Assembly: GCA_965218075.1 (NCBI GenBank)
Contig: CBDCJZ010000003.1
Span: 1,476,768 to 1,540,767 of the forward strand
Length of the DNA: 64,000 nucleotides
DNA from: Owenweeksia sp.
GTDB taxonomy: Bacteria; Bacteroidota; Bacteroidia; Flavobacteriales; Schleiferiaceae
Direction: 5' to 3'
The notes under the pieces are model-generated. The model did not search any database, was not told the DNA's origin, and saw nothing but the letters and a program-made list of their open reading frames with translations. The translations under genes and the position numbers were made by a program. Of the stretch, positions 42,421-50,497 are shown in pieces. Numbering within the stretch: position 1 is the stretch's first letter; each line of letters starts with the position of its first letter.

Positions 42421-43104
42421 ATGAAAAGGTTAATACTTATTGCCTCCTTGTATTTTTCAATATCTAATGCTTCTGCACAGTCTGCACAGATAAGATCTAC
42501 TGATCAAATTATAGAGGTAATTAATAATCAGATGAGAATAATAAAAAGTGTGGCCTTTGAAGTTGCAATGAAGCCATGCCCGAGCTTTGAATTATTTACT
42601 TATGAAGTGTTAGATGGCGGCATCGTAGATATTCGGTTTTATTATCACATTTACAACTCCGGGCTCATCTGGAGTCCTTGTTTTAGGACAGATACTGTTT
42701 GGATTGATTTGCCCTTAAGAGGGATAGGAGAACCATTTCCAGCAGGCATTTACACGATTATTGTACATGCAGTTGGAGTATGGTATGATAGGATAAAAGG
42801 TTATCAAATAATAAGTCATGTTGTTGATACCATCGATGATGTAGCTCTTTCTGTAAATAACTATACTGCCAAAACAAATGTCATAGAGGTTTTTCCAAAT
42901 CCTTCAAGGGATATTTTCAATATGGAATATCCAAGAGGATTAGATATTTTCAATATTTCTTTGATAGATCTGCAAGGAAGGAAAATAAAGCTATTTAAAG
43001 GGTCTCAAAAACAATTGAACATCTCCGGAACTCTACCCGGCCAATATTTCCTAAATCTGGAAACCAGTAAAGGAATTATCACTGAGAAAGTGTTGATTGA
43101 GTAA
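42421..43104 (+). CDS. Small secreted T9SS cargo protein, array copy 5
   Basis: 227 aa. A 9-bp duplication tctgcacag x2 (42472-42489) lies at the signal-peptide cleavage region. It has unique variable patches. Confidence 0.8.
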   Translation: MKRLILIASLYFSISNASAQSAQIRSTDQIIEVINNQMRIIKSVAFEVAMKPCPSFELFTYEVLDGGIVDIRFYYHIYNSGLIWSPCFRTDTVWIDLPLRGIGEPFPAGIYTIIVHAVGVWYDRIKGYQIISHVVDTIDDVALSVNNYTAKTNVIEVFPNPSRDIFNMEYPRGLDIFNISLIDLQGRKIKLFKGSQKQLNISGTLPGQYFLNLETSKGIITEKVLIE

Positions 43105-43305
43105 AAGTGGATGAGGAGTAACAATGTTATAATAAAAACATAGTGGACTAAGTATGGTATAGATGCGTTTGTACGACTAAGTTATACTAGTTAAATAATG
43201 CGAAGTTGCTTTGATTTCTAAATGCAGCACTTCCGAAATCTCTGACTCTTGATATCATTCAGGTAGGGCTGCTAGAGATGACAAAACAGAGGTTAGAATC
43301 TTGCC

Positions 43306-43860
43306 TTATACTTGCATAATTTCTTCTTCCTTAACTTCTAAAATTGCTTCCACTTTTTTAATGTAGATGTCGGTTATTTTTTGTATTTCAGCTTCGGCAT
43401 CTTTTATAATGTCCTTGGAAATTCCATCCAGTTTCTTCACCCTATCATTGATTTCTTTTCTCGAATTACGAATTCCTATTCGAGCTTCTTCCGCTTCTGC
43501 TTCAGCTCGTTTAACGAGATTTTTTCTTCTCTCTTCAGTTAATGGCGGAATATTAATCATCACCATTTCACCGTTGTTTTGAGGGTTTAACCCCAGATTA
43601 GAATTCAATATAGCCTTTTCGATTTCGGGTATCAATTCCTTTTCCCAAGGTTGTACAGAAAGGGTTCTGGCATTCAAAGTATTAATATTAGCGACTTGAG
43701 CGATGGGAGTTATCGAACCATAATATTTCACTTTTACATTATCCAGCATAGACGGATTGGGCACCCCTGTCCTGATTTTAACCAACTCTTTTCGAAGGTG
43801 ATTAATAGACTTGTCCATTTTGCTCCTGGCTTCATCGAGAATTAATTCTATTTCTTCCAC
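43306..43860 (-). CDS. frr: Ribosome recycling factor
   Basis: 184 aa. LRKELVKIRTGVPNPSMLDNVKVKYYG. Lies next to pyrH. Confidence 0.9.
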   Translation of the reverse strand: MEEIELILDEARSKMDKSINHLRKELVKIRTGVPNPSMLDNVKVKYYGSITPIAQVANINTLNARTLSVQPWEKELIPEIEKAILNSNLGLNPQNNGEMVMINIPPLTEERRKNLVKRAEAEAEEARIGIRNSRKEINDRVKKLDGISKDIIKDAEAEIQKITDIYIKKVEAILEVKEEEIMQV

Positions 43861-43879
43861 TTTCTTAAGGTTTTTAAAT

Positions 43880-44587
43880 TTAGTTCATTATCAGAGTCCC
43901 CACAGCTTCGCCGGAAATCGCCTTTTTAAGATTACCGGGACTATTCATATCAAAAACCAAAACAGGCAACTTGTTTTCTTTACTAAGAGTAAAGGCCGTC
44001 ATATCCATAACATTCAAGCCTTTCTCATACACTTCTTGGAAAGATAAAGTATTATATTTTATTGCGGTTTTATTCTTTTCGGGATCAGTACTGTAAATAC
44101 CATCTACTCTTGTTCCTTTGAGGATAATGTCGGCATCTATCTCGATTGCTCTTAATATAGCTGCCGTATCAGTAGTAAAATATGGATTGCCGGTACCTCC
44201 TCCAAAAATAACTATTCTTCCTTTTTCCAAATGACGAATAGCTCTTCTCCTGATAAAAGGCTCGGCTACTTTATGCATTTCTATAGCGCTTTGCAGACGG
44301 GTCGTTACCCCAAACTCTTCTAAAATCGATTGTAACGCAAGAGCATTAATTATTGTAGCCAACATACCCATGTGGTCTGATTGGGTCCGATCCATTCCTT
44401 TGCTGGCCCCTTCGAATCCCCTGAAAATATTGCCTCCTCCTATTACTATAGCTATCTCAAGACCGGCTTCAACTACTTCTTTTAATTCTTTTGCATACTC
44501 TTTTAATCGCTCCCCATTTATTCCATATTTCTGATTGTCCATCAAGGACTCACCACTGATTTTTAAGAGAATACGTTTATATTTCAT
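43880..44587 (-). CDS. pyrH: UMP kinase
   Basis: [22 protein letters not shown] and [16 protein letters not shown]. Confidence 0.95.
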   Translation of the reverse strand: MKYKRILLKISGESLMDNQKYGINGERLKEYAKELKEVVEAGLEIAIVIGGGNIFRGFEGASKGMDRTQSDHMGMLATIINALALQSILEEFGVTTRLQSAIEMHKVAEPFIRRRAIRHLEKGRIVIFGGGTGNPYFTTDTAAILRAIEIDADIILKGTRVDGIYSTDPEKNKTAIKYNTLSFQEVYEKGLNVMDMTAFTLSKENKLPVLVFDMNSPGNLKKAISGEAVGTLIMN

Positions 44588-44760
44588 GGGACAGTTTTTA
44601 AGGAATGTTGGAACAAATATAAAAGGAAGAGATCGGTTACTTATATCCTAAAATTTAGGTGCCATCGAATTATACTAAATCTGCTCCCTACGAACTCACA
44701 ACAAAACAAGGACAGTTCATAATAAACCGCAGTTTTTAAGTTTAACGCATACCCAAGCAC

Positions 44761-45582
44761 CTACATTCTTAAGCTCACCCTTCTGAATCCTGTAAGAGTA
44801 AGCCCTTTTTTTACGGAGCCAAGGTATTTTGCAATGTTCATCTTACTATCGCGAATATATTCCTGTTCCAGTAGGATATTTTCCTTGTAAAACTTATTGA
44901 GACGACCTCGAGCAATTTTATCGAGCATTTCTTCAGGTTTTCCTTCTCGACGAGCCAAATCTCTGCCTACTTCTAATTCACGATCTATCGTTTTCCAAGG
45001 CACTTCTTCGCGAGTAAGGGCAATAGGATTCATAGCAGCAGCTTGCATAGCTACATGTTTGCCGACTTCTTTTATTTTTTCACTCATCCCCACTAGGGTG
45101 GCTAATTTATTGCCAGTATGAATATAAGTAGCAACAAAAGGCGCTTCCAATGTTTCATAAGCCCCTATTTCCAGTTTCTCGCCAATTATACCGGTCTGTT
45201 CAATAAGCTTATTTTCTAGGGTTGTGCCCTTGAGATCGAGTTTTAAAAGACTTTCCTTATCAGCAGGCTTATGTTCAAGAGCCATGTTTAAAGTACTTTG
45301 AGCAAGCTCGACGAAACGGTCATTTTTAGCCACAAAATCTGTTTCGCAATTCAAACTGACTATTACTCCGAAAGTGGTATTAGAGTTACTAGCGGAGAGG
45401 ACATAACCTTCGCCAGTTTTTTGGTCAGCGCGTTTTGCAGCGATTTTCCGGCCTTTTTTACGAAGAATATCTATTGCTTTTTCAAAATCTCCTTTTGCTT
45501 CTTCCAGGGCCTTTTTGCAATCCATCATACCAGCGCCGATTTGCTTTCTCAGCTTATTTACCTCTGATGCAGTTATCGTCAT
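44761..45582 (-). CDS. tsf: Elongation factor Ts
   Basis: VNKLRKQIGAGMMDCKKALEEAKGDFEKAIDILRKKG. Confidence 0.95.
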   Translation of the reverse strand: MTITASEVNKLRKQIGAGMMDCKKALEEAKGDFEKAIDILRKKGRKIAAKRADQKTGEGYVLSASNSNTTFGVIVSLNCETDFVAKNDRFVELAQSTLNMALEHKPADKESLLKLDLKGTTLENKLIEQTGIIGEKLEIGAYETLEAPFVATYIHTGNKLATLVGMSEKIKEVGKHVAMQAAAMNPIALTREEVPWKTIDRELEVGRDLARREGKPEEMLDKIARGRLNKFYKENILLEQEYIRDSKMNIAKYLGSVKKGLTLTGFRRVSLRM

Positions 45583-45691
45583 TTTTTAGAATCAATATAA
45601 AATTTCATCTCAAAACTCAGGAGGAAATGACAAGCGATTTTTTATCCATTCCTCTTTGTCAAGCTATCGTTGAAAAATATTTAGCAATACT

Positions 45692-46453
45692 CTAATCGTT
45701 ATCCTTGGTATCTTTTAATGAAGCTGCTTTCTCGAGTCTTTCATTAGAGGATTTTTCTTTATTTGCCTCTCTTTCGGATAAACCTTCCTTAATTGCTTCC
45801 GTTACTCTTTCTACTAAAACTCGAATGGATTTAGTCGCATCATCATTACCGGGAATAGGAAAGTCGACTTCTGTCGGGTCGGAGTTAGTATCAACAACAG
45901 CAAAGATGGGAATATCCAATTTCTGAGCCTCTTTAAGGGCGATGTGCTCTTTATTGATATCTATGATAAATAGAGCTCCAGGTAGGCGGGTCATATCAAC
46001 GATAGAACCTAATTGCTTATCTCTCTTGGATCTTTGGCGATCTACTTGCAGTCTTTCTTTTTTTGACAGGGTATCAAATGTTCCGTCTTCTTTCATTTTA
46101 TCTATGCCCTGCATTTTCTTTACTGCCTTACGGATGGTTATAAAATTGGTAAGCATGCCTCCAGGCCAGCGCTCGGTAATGTAAAACATATTAACACTGT
46201 TTGCATTTTCGGCTATTATATCTTTAGCTTGTTTCTTAGTAGCTACATACAAGATTTTTCTTCCCGAAGCAGCAATTTTATAAAGAGCTTTAGAAGCTCG
46301 CTCTAATTTAGCCTGAGTTTTGTACAGGTCGATGAGGTGAATTCCATTGCGCTCCATAAAAATATATGGAGCCATCTGAGGATTCCATTTACGGGTAAGA
46401 TGCCCGAAGTGAACTCCTGCATCAAGCATTTCTCTAATTTTGTCGCTTGCCAT
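45692..46453 (-). CDS. rpsB: 30S ribosomal protein S2
   Basis: MLDAGVHFGHLTRKWNPQMAPYIF and ERWPGGMLTNF. Confidence 0.95.
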   Translation of the reverse strand: MASDKIREMLDAGVHFGHLTRKWNPQMAPYIFMERNGIHLIDLYKTQAKLERASKALYKIAASGRKILYVATKKQAKDIIAENANSVNMFYITERWPGGMLTNFITIRKAVKKMQGIDKMKEDGTFDTLSKKERLQVDRQRSKRDKQLGSIVDMTRLPGALFIIDINKEHIALKEAQKLDIPIFAVVDTNSDPTEVDFPIPGNDDATKSIRVLVERVTEAIKEGLSEREANKEKSSNERLEKAASLKDTKDND

Positions 46454-46544
46454 TTTTTAGAATTAGCCTATATTCACGAAATAATAAGTAGTCACTTAAG
46501 AAAATCGACAGGAAGGCTTTCAAAGTAAATCACTAAATTCAAAA

Positions 46545-46931
46545 TTAACGCTTACTGAACTGGAACTTCTTGCGGGCTTTTTTCTGTCCATACTTTTTTC
46601 TCTCTGCCATTCTAGAATCACGGGTAAGAAGATCTTTGGGCTTGAGCAAAGCCCTGGAATCTGGATTAATATTGCAAAGAGCACGGGATATAGCAAGGCG
46701 GATGGCTTCTGCTTGACCAGTAATGCCTCCTCCTCTGATATTTACATTAATATCATACGAACCTAGTGTTTCAGTAACTTTCAATGACTGGGTTACCTTA
46801 TAATGAAGAATGGACGTATTAAAATAAGATTTGTAGTCTCTATTATTAACGGTAATAATTCCTTTGCCTTCTTTGACAAAAATACGGGCTACTGAGGTTT
46901 TACGTCTTCCTATAGCATGAGTTATAGACAT
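46545..46931 (-). CDS. rpsI: 30S ribosomal protein S9
   Basis: GRRKTSVARIFV, GGGITGQAEAIRLAISRAL and a C-terminal KKFQFSKR. Confidence 0.95.
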   Translation of the reverse strand: MSITHAIGRRKTSVARIFVKEGKGIITVNNRDYKSYFNTSILHYKVTQSLKVTETLGSYDINVNIRGGGITGQAEAIRLAISRALCNINPDSRALLKPKDLLTRDSRMAERKKYGQKKARKKFQFSKR

Positions 46932-46936
46932 GTTTC

Positions 46937-47392
46937 TTATTTAACTTTGTCAATATTCATTGCTTTACAGCCTTGAGCTTCCTGCTTATGCTCACTTCCT
47001 GCATATACGTATAAATTACGAAAAAGCTGCCTTCCCAATTTGTTTTTAGGTAACATACCTCTTATCGCTGATTCCAAAACTTTCTGAGGTTGTTTGGCTA
47101 GTATTTCTTTAAGACGGGTAAAACGCTGACCTCCTGGAAAACCAGTATATGAAACATATTCTTTGTTTTTGTATTTATTCCCGCTGAAGATGATTTTTTC
47201 AGTGTTTATAACTACTACATTATCTCCACAATCGACGTGTGGCGTGAAATTTGTCTTGTGCTTGCCGCGCAACAAGAAGGCAATTCTAGAAGCTAATCTT
47301 CCAAGAATTTTTCCTTCAGCATTTATTAAAAGCCAGTTCTTGGTAACAGTTCGTTTATTTGCTGATACAGTCTTGTAACTCAAGGTGTTCAC
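46937..47392 (-). CDS. rplM: 50S ribosomal protein L13
   Basis: WLLINAEGKILGRLASRIAFLLRGKHK and TGFPGG. GTG start. Confidence 0.95.
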   Translation of the reverse strand: MNTLSYKTVSANKRTVTKNWLLINAEGKILGRLASRIAFLLRGKHKTNFTPHVDCGDNVVVINTEKIIFSGNKYKNKEYVSYTGFPGGQRFTRLKEILAKQPQKVLESAIRGMLPKNKLGRQLFRNLYVYAGSEHKQEAQGCKAMNIDKVK

Positions 47393-47837
47393 AATTATTT
47401 TATTACTAGCTTATTTTTCTTAATACCCTTGCCTCCTGAAAAAGGGCTACAAGTTTACAACTAAAATTTATAATTAGCCAAGTAATCTTAAGTTTTTTGA
47501 TTTTGGTAAATTCAATCACTAAGTAGACAGTTTAAGGCGAAGATAATCGTTCACTATTTTCAATCATATTTTTCCAGATTAGAACGACCAATGATGAGGG
47601 TACATGCTATGAACGAAGCTACGATAATTAACTAGATACACTTTCAATCTCACAGGTATGAGCAAGCTCAAATTTTTTGTGAACATCTTGTGTATGCTTA
47701 ATTATGACCAATTTCTTTGAGTCGGATGTACCTTTAGTGTCTTGGATGGTCACATCCAAGAAAATTACATAGCTGATATGCTCAAAGTTGTATTGCTTAT
47801 TGAGTGTTATGAGTGAGGGAAACTTGTGTGCTATTCT

Positions 47838-47864
47838 CACCGTCAGCGGTAACGGTGTTTTTTT
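47838..47864 (+). terminator. Candidate rho-independent terminator with no annotated plus-strand gene upstream
   Basis: caccgt-cagcggta-acggtg, a 6-bp stem with 4 G:C pairs, is followed by seven T residues (47858-47864). Confidence 0.4.
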
Positions 47865-48008
47865 GGCTCACGCTTGCTATATTACCCCCGTGTAAAATTC
47901 CGATAAACTACAGGAATTTATGTTTAATGATTACATAAGCTGCGATGCTGCAGTTTTATGTTTCATAAAACCTTGACTAGGAGTTTAAGTTTTTAAAAAG
48001 AGGATTTT

Positions 48009-49040
48009 CTATAAGCTTTGCTTTACCTCTCCAGATTGTGACACTATTACAGGGTAATAAATTTCAGTTGTCCATTTAGAAGTATCGGGTTCATTCGTGG
48101 GATCAGTTACATATACTTCCCATGGAGCTCCTGAAATCTCAAGATTATTTTCTTTGATATAATCGTCCATAGCATAATGGACTTCTTCTATTCCCTCATA
48201 AGGCCCCATGTAAACAGCTTTTAAAGCTTTGCCGCTGTAACTAGTATCTTTCTTAACTCGATCACTACTTGTCTTTTGACTGTGAACGGGCATAGCTACT
48301 TCTACTATAGCTATTTCATTTTCCATGTCCCATTTGTGATAGATAGCAAAAGGTGCCCCTGTCATACTTTTCATATCTTCGCCTAAATATTCGCTGATTT
48401 CTCTATAACGCTGACCAAAGAAATCGGCCCCCATGTCCTTAAAGGGAACTTCATCAGTAATGCTATAATATTCAGCGGGCTCAGCATCTATCATTATAAT
48501 TTCCATATCCTCTTCTTCAGGCATGCTTTCGAGCATTTCCTTAAGGTTGGCAAGACTTTGTTCAAAGTCAGGACCTACTCGTTTTTCCATTCCCATCTCA
48601 AAAATGCGGAAAAAGAAAGGAAAGCTACCTGCAAAGCTCCAGGTAACTTTAGTTTTACCTCCTTTAACTTCTTCGAATCTCCAATAACCATCAGAGTCAC
48701 ACCACTTACAATTAAAATTAATATGGGTCTTTAATTCTTCATTTTCTGTTACATCAACAATGCTTTGAGTTCCACTGCCTGAGTTACTATCCCACGAGTA
48801 ACTGGCTCCTGCACCCTGAGTTTGATCTCCCCATGTTGTCGTCGTACTATCCTTTTGAAACCAAATGCCCCATTCAGGCCAGGTTTTTAAATCACTAACA
48901 GTAGCATAAACTAGCTCTCGCTTAACGTTGATTATTTCTGAACGACTTACCTCATAGTCATCCGGAAGAATAGTCATCCAGATAGAATAGATGCCTATCA
49001 ATACAATAGTTACAATTAAAAGTGTTTTTAAAATTTTCAT
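48009..49040 (-). CDS. SRPBCC (polyketide-cyclase-like) plus GyrI-like small-molecule-binding two-domain protein
   Basis: TM anchor MKILKTLLIVTIVLIGIY, with the ATG at 49040. The SRPBCC-like segment is VYATVSDLKTWPEWGIWF. The C-terminal GyrI-like half includes GAPFAIYHKWD and GPYEGIEEVH. Confidence 0.6.
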   Translation of the reverse strand: MKILKTLLIVTIVLIGIYSIWMTILPDDYEVSRSEIINVKRELVYATVSDLKTWPEWGIWFQKDSTTTTWGDQTQGAGASYSWDSNSGSGTQSIVDVTENEELKTHINFNCKWCDSDGYWRFEEVKGGKTKVTWSFAGSFPFFFRIFEMGMEKRVGPDFEQSLANLKEMLESMPEEEDMEIIMIDAEPAEYYSITDEVPFKDMGADFFGQRYREISEYLGEDMKSMTGAPFAIYHKWDMENEIAIVEVAMPVHSQKTSSDRVKKDTSYSGKALKAVYMGPYEGIEEVHYAMDDYIKENNLEISGAPWEVYVTDPTNEPDTSKWTTEIYYPVIVSQSGEVKQSL

Positions 49041-49099
49041 GCAAATTAATTTTATAGAATTATTGGATTCAATAAGTAAAATGTTTTTACTAAGCAAAT

Positions 49100-49721
49100 A
49101 TGAACTTTTCCTGGATTTTAGATCGAAAATATCTTCTTAACAATGGAAAGAGACAAAAACCTTAATTAAGCATTCTAGACATAGGACGTCAACCTAATTT
49201 CCTTACAAGCCTTTTCTTAGGTCCTAATTGCTTATATTTTGCGAGAAAAAGCTGTTAACTTTTCTTTCAGTCTTTTCCATATATACTTTTCCTGCTTTGA
49301 GTTTCTCTATTGTCCTAATACCTAATTGATAAATCTTTTTCCATTCCTATCAACAGAATAATAACCAAATCTAATAGGAGTTTTTTATGCCGTATGTGTA
49401 GGTAAGCTGACTCGGCCATTTCCAAAACTTCTATTTTGATTGTTCCCGTTTATCTCTTCAGGGTTTTCTTCAAAGGCTTTTATCCATTTCTAGACCGAAA
49501 CATCATTGCCTTTTAAAAATTTGCCAATTAATCTAAAGCCAAGTCCCTCTAAATACCATTCAAGTGTCTGTCTTTTTGTAGTCAATGGCGTGGCTGTTGA
49601 TTTTTATTCTACCGTATAACGATACTCACAGTTTTTACATTTATAGCGTAGCACGTCCTTGGGTTTTCCATCTTTAGCGGTTTCCCTACTTTTAAATTTA
49701 CAATATTTCATGTGGTTTTAG
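49100..49721 (-). mobile_element. Decayed IS1-family transposase relic
   Basis: The minus-strand translation from ATG 49721 is MKYCKFKSRETAKDGKPKDVLRYKCKNCEYRYTVE*KSTATPLTTKRQTLEWYLEGLGFRLIGKFLKGNDVSV*KWIKAF.. It is followed by stop- and frameshift-riddled fragments (..VDRNGKRFIN*..). The zinc-ribbon and HTH layout is typical of IS1-type InsA/InsAB. Confidence 0.55.
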
Positions 49722-49912
49722 TCAAAAACACATAAGCTATATTCAAATAAGAATTCCAAATCATTCTAAATTTGGCATAACTTCGATTATAGGCCTCTCA
49801 CTTTCGTCATTATCGGACCAAAAATGACTAACGAGCGAGGATGATCTCAATGAAATTGAGAATTTGGGGAATCGGGGTGAAATGAAATTTTCAGAAGATA
49901 CAATGGAATTTT

Positions 49913-50497
49913 CTATTTTTTCTTTCTATCAATTTCATCCCTAATACGGGCTGCCAACTCGTAATTTTCGTCTTTAACGGCTCTATCCATTAGCTTGTAG
50001 AGATCATTAAGGCTTTGATTGGAAAGAGTTTCTTTTTTATCGGATGATCTTTTAGTAGAAGCTTTTTTCTCCACTTGGATTTCTTTAAGGATAATGCCAG
50101 CTTTATCTAAAATTTCCTTATAGGTATAGATGGGACATTTAAATCGAACGGCTAATGCTACAGCATCTGAGGTACGAGCATCTATAATCTGATCCTTATT
50201 ATTTTCGCCGTCGCAAACTAAGATGGAAAAGAAAACGCCATCTTGTAATTTATGAATTATCACCTCTTTGAGACGAATGCCGAAGTTATCTGCAAAGTTT
50301 TTAAAGAGATCATGAGTAAAGGGACGAGGGAGGCTTATTTCTTTTTCCAGGGCTATGGCAATGGATTGCGCTTCAAAGCCACCAATAATTATTGGTAGCT
50401 TACGGTCGCCCTTTCTCTCACCCAAAACCAGCGCATGAGCCCCGGTTTGGGCTTGGCTATAGGAAAGTCCTTTTATATATAGCTGTATGCGGTCCAT
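49913..50497 (-). CDS. Bifunctional nuclease (DUF151/BFN) with a C-terminal UVR motif
   Basis: LVLGERKGDRKLPIIIGGFEAQSIAIALE..RPFTHDLF, with C-terminal YELAARIRDEI. Confidence 0.75.
   Translation of the reverse strand: MDRIQLYIKGLSYSQAQTGAHALVLGERKGDRKLPIIIGGFEAQSIAIALEKEISLPRPFTHDLFKNFADNFGIRLKEVIIHKLQDGVFFSILVCDGENNKDQIIDARTSDAVALAVRFKCPIYTYKEILDKAGIILKEIQVEKKASTKRSSDKKETLSNQSLNDLYKLMDRAVKDENYELAARIRDEIDRKKK

Larger units (their letters stand above)
38837..43142 (+). repeat. Tandem array of five ~860-bp units, with unit starts at 38837, 39701, 40562, 41420 and 42280
   Basis: This is directly visible. Each junction reads ...taaaagtggatggggggtaacaatgt(t)ataataaaaacata|tatgaaacaggtg... The gene starts 38977, 39843, 40704, 41562 and 42421 are spaced 866, 861, 858 and 859 nt apart. 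Confidence 0.95.

Noticed and set aside
38837-43142. The regularly spaced repeats could be a CRISPR array.
   Set aside because: The units are ~860 bp, protein-coding, and have no short repeat/spacer organisation. No cas genes are present in the window.
38837-43142. A diversity-generating retroelement (DGR) could be the source of the V1/V2 variation.
   Set aside because: There is no reverse transcriptase gene and no template-repeat copy in the window. Substitutions between copies involve all four bases plus in-frame indels, not adenine-specific changes. A distant DGR cannot be excluded without the whole genome.
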